Source: Auanema rhodensis (taxonomy: Eukaryota > Animalia > Nematoda). Taken from it: DNA of 64,000 nt. A model generated the notes under the pieces. The model was not told the DNA's origin. It saw only the letters and a program-made list of their open reading frames with translations, and ran no database searches. The stretch is taken from contig OZ059899.1 in NCBI GenBank assembly GCA_964057225.1, positions 10,974,001 through 11,038,000 on the forward strand. Direction: 5' to 3'. Made by a program: the position numbers and the translations under genes. Within the stretch, counting starts at the first letter, position 1; every line of letters starts with the position of its first letter. Shown here piece by piece: positions 57,637 to 64,000 of this stretch.

Positions 57637-58229
57637 TACGAAAGTACGAAATAACAAAGCGCTGATTATAGGAAACGTGAATGAATGCAGATAATCTCAA
57701 TTCCGATTCATTAACTAGATCGTGGTCAGCATTTTACGACATTGATAAAATAGAAACTGAGAAAAAAACATCAACAAATGACACTATTAACTTGGTTTTT
57801 TGAACAGCATTTTTATATTTCTTTTTTCACTATGAGAGAACTTATATTTATTGCTTTTTCAAAATTTTCCATTTTTAACATTATACATCTTGACTATCAC
57901 ACATTGAGAACAACAGTTGGCAATATTGGTTGTCACGTCATATTTCATGCAGTTAGATTTTCAGACACATTAATACCTTTGACCATTCTTCTTATGAGTT
58001 TTGTAACGATAGATCGTAATAGGAAATGAATTGCTATAATATGAAAAAATACAAGACATAGTCAACATTGATTTCCGAAAATAGTATCATGTTTGCTTGT
58101 TATTTAATTAGAACACTTATTTTTTGATTGTTTTCTTGAAATATTCTTTTTTTTTCTTTAACAAAGTTATGACTGAGATCAAAATTTGAACTTAATTTTG
58201 AACAATTAAACAGAAATTTAAAAAATATT

Positions 58230-58303
58230 TGCCGCCAGCAGGGGTCGAACCTGCGACCTTGGGCTTATTAGACCCACGCTCTAACCGACTGAGCTATGGC
58301 GGC
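58230..58303 (-). tRNA. trnI: tRNA-Ile(AAT)
   Basis: Consensus cloverleaf. Confidence 0.96.
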
Positions 58304-58896
58304 TACGAAAGTACGAAATAACAAAGCGCTGATTATAGGAAACGTGAATGAATGCAGATATTCTCAATTCCGATTTATTAACTAGATCGTGGTCAGCATT
58401 TTACAACATTGATAAAATAGAAACTGAGAAAAAAACATCAACAAATGACACTATTAACTTGGTTTTTTGAACAGCATTTTTATATTTCTTTTTTCACTAT
58501 GAGAGAACTTATATTTATTGCTTTTTCAAAATTTTCCATTTTTAACATTATACATCTTGACTATCACACATTGAGAACAACAGTTGGCAATATTGGTTGT
58601 CACGTCATATTTCATGCAGTTAGATTTTCAGACACATTATTACCTTTGACCATTCTTCTTATGAGTTTTGTAACGATAGATCGTAATAGGAAATGAATTG
58701 GTATAATATGAAAAAATACAAGACATAGTCAAGATTGATTTCCCCAAATAGTATCATGTTTGCTTGTTATTCAATTAGAACACTTATTTTTTGATTGTTT
58801 TCTTGAAATATTCTTTTTTTTTCTTTAACAAAGTTATGACTGAGATCAAAATTTGAACTTACTTTTGAACAATTAAACAGAAATTTAAAAAATATT

Positions 58897-58970
58897 TGCC
58901 GCCAGCAGGGGTCGAACCTGCGACCTTGGGCTTATTAGACCCACGCTCTAACCGACTGAGCTATGGCGGC
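58897..58970 (-). tRNA. trnI: tRNA-Ile(AAT)
   Basis: Consensus cloverleaf. Confidence 0.96.
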
Positions 58971-59563
58971 TACGAAAGTACGAAATAACAAAGCGCTGAT
59001 TATAGGAAACGTGAATGAATGCAGATATTCTCAATTCCGATTCATTAACTAGATCGTGGTCAGCATTTTACAACATTGATAAAATAGAAACTGAGAAAAA
59101 AACATCAACAAATGACACTATTAACTTGGTTTTTTGAACAGCTTTTTTATATTTCTTTTTTCACTCTGAGAGAACTTATATTCATTGATTTTTCAAAATT
59201 TTCCATTTTTAACATTATACATCTTGACTATCACACATTGAGAACAACAGTTGGCAATATTGGTTGTCACGTCATATTTCATGCAGTTAGATTTTCAGAC
59301 ACATTAATACCTTTGACCATTCTTCTTATGAGTTTTGTAACGATAGATCGTAATAGGAAATGAATTGCTATCATATGAAAAAATACAAGACATAGTCAAC
59401 ATTGATTTCCGAAAATAGTATCATGTTTGCTTGTTATTTAATTAGAACACTTATTTTTTGATTGTTTTCTTGAAATATTCTTTTTTTTTCTTTAACAAAG
59501 TTATGACTGAGATCAAAATTTGAACTTACTTTTGAACAATTAAACAGAAATTTAAATAATATT

Positions 59564-59637
59564 TGCCGCCAGCAGGGGTCGAAACTGCGACCTTGGGCTT
59601 ATTAGACCCACGCTCTAACCGACTGAGCTATGGCGGC
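59564..59637 (-). tRNA. trnI: tRNA-Ile(AAT), G53T variant
   Basis: GCAGT TTCGACC. Confidence 0.85.
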
Positions 59638-60230
59638 TACGAAAGTACGAAATAACAAAGCGCTGATTATAGGAAACGTGAATGAATGCAGATAATCTCA
59701 ATTCCGATTCATTAACTAGATCGTGGTCAGCATTTTACGACATTGATAAAATAGAAACTGAGAAAAAAACATCAACAAATGACACTATTAACTTGGTTTT
59801 TTGAACAGCATTTTTATATTTCTTTTTTCACTATGAGAGAACTTATATTTATTGCTTTTTCAAAATTTTCCATTTTTAACATTATACATCTTGACTATCA
59901 CACATTGAGAACAACAGTTGGCAATATTGGTTGTCACGTCATATTTCATGCAGTTAGATTTTCAGACACATTAATACCTTTGACCATTCTTCTTATGAGT
60001 TTTGTAACGATAGATCGTAATAGGAAATGAATTGCTATAATATGAAAAAATACAAGACATAGTCAACATTGATTTCCGAAAATAGTATCATGTTTGCTTG
60101 TTATTTAATTAGAACACTTATTTTTTGATTATTTTCTTGAAATATTCTTTTTTTTTCTTTAACAAAGTTATGACTGAGATCAAAATTTGAACTTACTTTT
60201 GAACAATTAAACAGAAATTTAAAAAATATT

Positions 60231-60304
60231 TGCCGCCAGCAGGGGTCGAACCTGCGACCTTGGGCTTATTAGACCCACGCTCTAACCGACTGAGCTATGG
60301 CGGC
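60231..60304 (-). tRNA. trnI: tRNA-Ile(AAT)
   Basis: Consensus cloverleaf. Confidence 0.96.
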
Positions 60305-60897
60305 TACGAAAGTACGAAATAACAAAGCGCTGATTATAGGAAACGTGAATGAATGCAGATATTCTCAATTCCGATTTATTAACTAGATCGTGGTCAGCAT
60401 TTTACAACATTGATAAAATAGAAACTGAGAAAAAAACATCAACAAATGACACTATTAACTTGGTTTTTTGAACAGCATTTTTATATTTCTTTTTTCACTA
60501 TGAGAGAACTTATATTTATTGCTTTTTCAAAATTTTCCATTTTTAACATTATACATCTTGACTATCACACATTGAGAACAACAGTTCGCAATGTTGGTTG
60601 TCACGTCATATTTCATGCAGTTAGATTTTCAGACACATTAATACCTTTGACCATTCTTCTTATGAGTTTTGTAACGATAGATCGTAATAGGAAATGAATT
60701 GGTATAATATGAAAAAATACAAGACATAGTCAAGATTGATTTCCCCAAATAGTATCATGTTTGCTTGTTATTCAATTAGAACACTTATTTTTTGATTGTT
60801 TTCTTGAAATATTCTTTTTTTTTCTTTAACAAAGTTATGACTGAGATCAAAATTTGAACTTACTTTTGAACAATTAAACAGAAATTTAAAAAATATT

Positions 60898-60971
60898 TGC
60901 CGCCAGCAGGGGTCGAACCTGCGACCTTGGGCTTATTAGACCCACGCTCTAACCGACTGAGCTATGGCGGC
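60898..60971 (-). tRNA. trnI: tRNA-Ile(AAT)
   Basis: Consensus cloverleaf. Confidence 0.96.
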
Positions 60972-61974
60972 TACGAAAGTACGAAATAACAAAGCGCTGA
61001 TTATAGGAAACGTGAATGAATGCAGATATTCTCAATTCCGATTCATTAACTAGATCGTGGTCAGCATTTTACAACATTGATAAAATAGAAACTGAGAAAA
61101 AAACATCAACAAATGACACTATTAACTTGGTTTTTTGAACAGCATTTTTATATTTCTTTTTTCACTATGAGAGAACTTATATTTATTGCTTTTTCAAAAT
61201 TTTCCATTTTTAACATTATACATCTTGACTATCACACATTGAGAACAACAGTTGGCAATGTTGGTTGTCACGTCATATTTCATGCAGTTAGATTTTCAGA
61301 CACATTAATACCTTTGACCGTTCTTCTTATGAGTTTTGTAACGATAATTCGTAATAGGAAATGAATTGGTATAATATGAAAAAATACAAGACATAGTCAA
61401 CATTGATTTCCCCAAATAGTATCATGTTTGCTTGTTATTTAATTAGAACACTTATTTTTTGATTGTTTTCTTGAAATATTCTTTTTTTTTCTTTAACAAA
61501 GTTATGACTGAGATTAGAAAACTAGATCGTGGTCAGCATTTTACAACATTGATAAAATAGAAACTGAGAAAAAAACATCAACAAATGACACTATTAACTT
61601 GGTTTTTTGAACAGCATTTTTATATTTCTTTTTTCACTATGAGAGAACTTATATTTATTGCTTTTTCAAAATTTTCCATTTTTAACATTATACATCTTGA
61701 CTATCACACATTGAGAACAACAGTTGGCAATATTGGTTGTCACGTCATATTTCATGCAGTTAGATTTTCAGACACATTAATACCTTTGACCATTCTTCTT
61801 ATGAGTTTTGTAACGATAACCCCAAATAGTATCATGTTTGCTTGTTATTCAATTAGAACACTTATTTTTTGATTGTTTTCTTGAAATATTCTTTTTTTTT
61901 CTTTAACAAAGTTATGACTGAGATCAAAATTTGAACTTACTTTTGAACAATTAAACAGAAATTTAAAAAATATT

Positions 61975-62048
61975 TGCCGCCAGCAGGGGTCGAACCTGCG
62001 ACCTTGGGCTTATTAGACCCACGCTCTAACCGACTGAGCTATGGCGGC
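61975..62048 (-). tRNA. trnI: tRNA-Ile(AAT)
   Basis: Consensus cloverleaf. Confidence 0.96.
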
Positions 62049-62641
62049 TACGAAAGTACGAAATAACAAAGCGCTAATTATAGGAAACGTGAATGAATGC
62101 AGATATTCTCAATTCCGATTCATTAACTAGATCGTGGTCAGCATTTTACAACATTGATAAAATAGAAACTGAGAAAAAAACATCAACAAATGACACTATT
62201 AACTTGGTTTTTTGAACAGCTTTTTTATATTTCTTTTTTCACTATGAGAGAACTTATATTTATTGCTTTTTCAAAATTTTCCATTTTTAACATTATACAT
62301 CTTGACTATCACACATTGAGAACAACAGTTGGCAATGTTGGTTGTCACGTCATATTTCATGCAGTTAGATTTTCAGACACATTAATACCTTTGACCGTTC
62401 TTCTTATGAGTTTTGTAACGATAATTCGTAATAGGAAATGAATTGGTATAATATGAAAAAATACAAGACATAGTCAACATTGATTTCCCCAAATAGTATC
62501 ATGTTTGCTTGTTATTCAATTAGAACACTTATTTTTTGATTGTTTTCTTGAAATATTCTTTTTTTTTCTTTAACAAAGTTATGACTGAGATCAAAATTTG
62601 AACTTACTTTTGAACAATTAAACAGAAATATAAAAAATATT

Positions 62642-62715
62642 TGCCGCCAGCAGGGGTCGAACCTGCGACCTTGGGCTTATTAGACCCACGCTCTAACCGA
62701 CTGAGCTATGGCGGC
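62642..62715 (-). tRNA. trnI: tRNA-Ile(AAT)
   Basis: Consensus cloverleaf. Confidence 0.96.
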
Positions 62716-63308
62716 TACGAAAGTACGAAATAACAAAGCGCTGATTATAGGAAACGTGAATGAATGCAGATATTCTCAATTCCGATTTATTAACTAGATC
62801 GTGGTCAGCATTTTACAACATTGATAAAATAGAAACTGAGAAAAAAACATCAACAAATGACACTATTAACTTGGTTTTTTGAACAGCATTTTTATATTTC
62901 TTTTTTCACTATGAGAGAACTTATATTTATTGCTTTTTCAAAATTTTCCATTTTTAACATTATACATCTTGACTATCACACATTGAGAACAACAGTTGGC
63001 AATATTGGTTGTCACGTCATATTTCATGCAGTTAGATTTTCAGACACATTAATACCTTTGACCATTCTTCTTATGAGTTTTGTAACGATAGATCGTAATA
63101 GGAAATGAATTGGTATAATATGAAAAAATACAAGACATAGTCAAGATTGATTTCCCCAAATAGTATCATGTTTGCTTGTTATTCAATTAGAACACTTATT
63201 TTTTGATTGTTTTCTTGAAATATTCTTTTTTTTTCTTTAACAAAGTTATGACTGAGATCAAAATTTGAACTTACTTTTGAACAATTAAACAGAAATTTAA
63301 AAAATATT

Positions 63309-63382
63309 TGCCGCCAGCAGGGGTCGAACCTGCGACCTTGGGCTTATTAGACCCACGCTCTAACCGACTGAGCTATGGCGGC
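63309..63382 (-). tRNA. trnI: tRNA-Ile(AAT)
   Basis: Consensus cloverleaf. Confidence 0.96.
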
Positions 63383-63975
63383 TACGAAAGTACGAAATAA
63401 CAAAGCGCTGATTATAGGAAACGTGAATGAATGCAGATATTCTCAATTCCGATTCATTAACTAGATCGTGGTCAGCATTTTACAACATTGATAAAATAGA
63501 AACTGAGAAAAAAACATCAACAAATGACACTATTAACTTGGTTTTTTGAACAGCTTTTTTATATTTCTTTTTTCACTCTGAGAGAACTTATATTCATTGA
63601 TTTTTCAAAATTTTCCATTTTTAACATTATACATCTTGACTATCACACATTGAGAACAACAGTTGGCAATATTGGTTGTCACGTCATATTTCATGCAGTT
63701 AGATTTTCAGACACATTAATACCTTTGACCATTCTTCTTATGAGTTTTGTAACGATAGATCGTAATAGGAAATGAATTGCTATAATATGAAAAAATACAA
63801 GACATAGTCAACATTGATTTCCGAAAATAGTATCATGTTTGCTTGTTATTTAATTAGAACACTTATTTTTTGATTGTTTTCTTGAAATATTCTTTTTTTT
63901 TCTTTAACAAAGTTATGACTGAGATCAAAATTTGAACTTACTTTTGAACAATTAAACAGAAATTTAAAAAATATT

Positions 63976-64000
63976 TGCCGCCAGCAGGGGTCGAACCTGC
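63976..64000 (-). tRNA. trnI: tRNA-Ile(AAT), cut by window edge
   Basis: 3' 25 nt of the consensus. Confidence 0.85.

Larger units (their letters stand above)
56911..64000. repeat. tRNA-Ile tandem array, block C (667-bp unit, runs off the window)
   Basis: 667-bp periodicity with two shortened units. Confidence 0.98.

Noticed and set aside
9608-63775. Repeated 65-115 aa ORFs (MRELIFIAF.., MNADILNS..) in every array unit
   Set aside because: AT-rich spacer; frames shift freely with homopolymer length; no recognisable domain. Recurrence only reflects the repeat.
9550-64000. CRISPR-like or 5S/SL1 array interpretation
   Set aside because: Whole units are near-identical with no unique spacers; the only structured RNA gene seen is the tRNA; no SL1 22-mer found.

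Overview
AT-rich eukaryotic DNA, very probably nematode. The backbone is a tandem array of a ~666-667 bp unit, each unit carrying one minus-strand tRNA-Ile(AAT) gene. I count 43 full-length copies, plus disrupted and deleted units. Three envelope-encoding LTR retroelements sit in the array. Element 1 (1-9549) is an intact-looking BEL/Pao (Belpaoviridae) element with gag-pol fused to a phlebovirus Gc-like class II glycoprotein and a small 3' zinc-knuckle ORF. Element 2 (14790-26557, minus strand) is a Ty3/gypsy element inserted inside a tRNA gene, with identical 345-bp LTRs and a CTAT TSD. Element 3 (45529-56906, plus strand) is a related, decayed Ty3/gypsy element lacking its 3' LTR. Elements 2 and 3 are the most unusual objects. 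A herpesvirus-gB/chuvirus-like class III glycoprotein lies in frame between gag and protease in one polyprotein (gag-env-pol). Their LTRs end CG...CG rather than TG...CA. Their ~650-nt 5' leader shows several compensatory base-pair changes and crossing (pseudoknot-type) pairings. They appear to contact primer tRNA-Gln at several sites. Family assignments come from motif recognition by eye; no searches were run.
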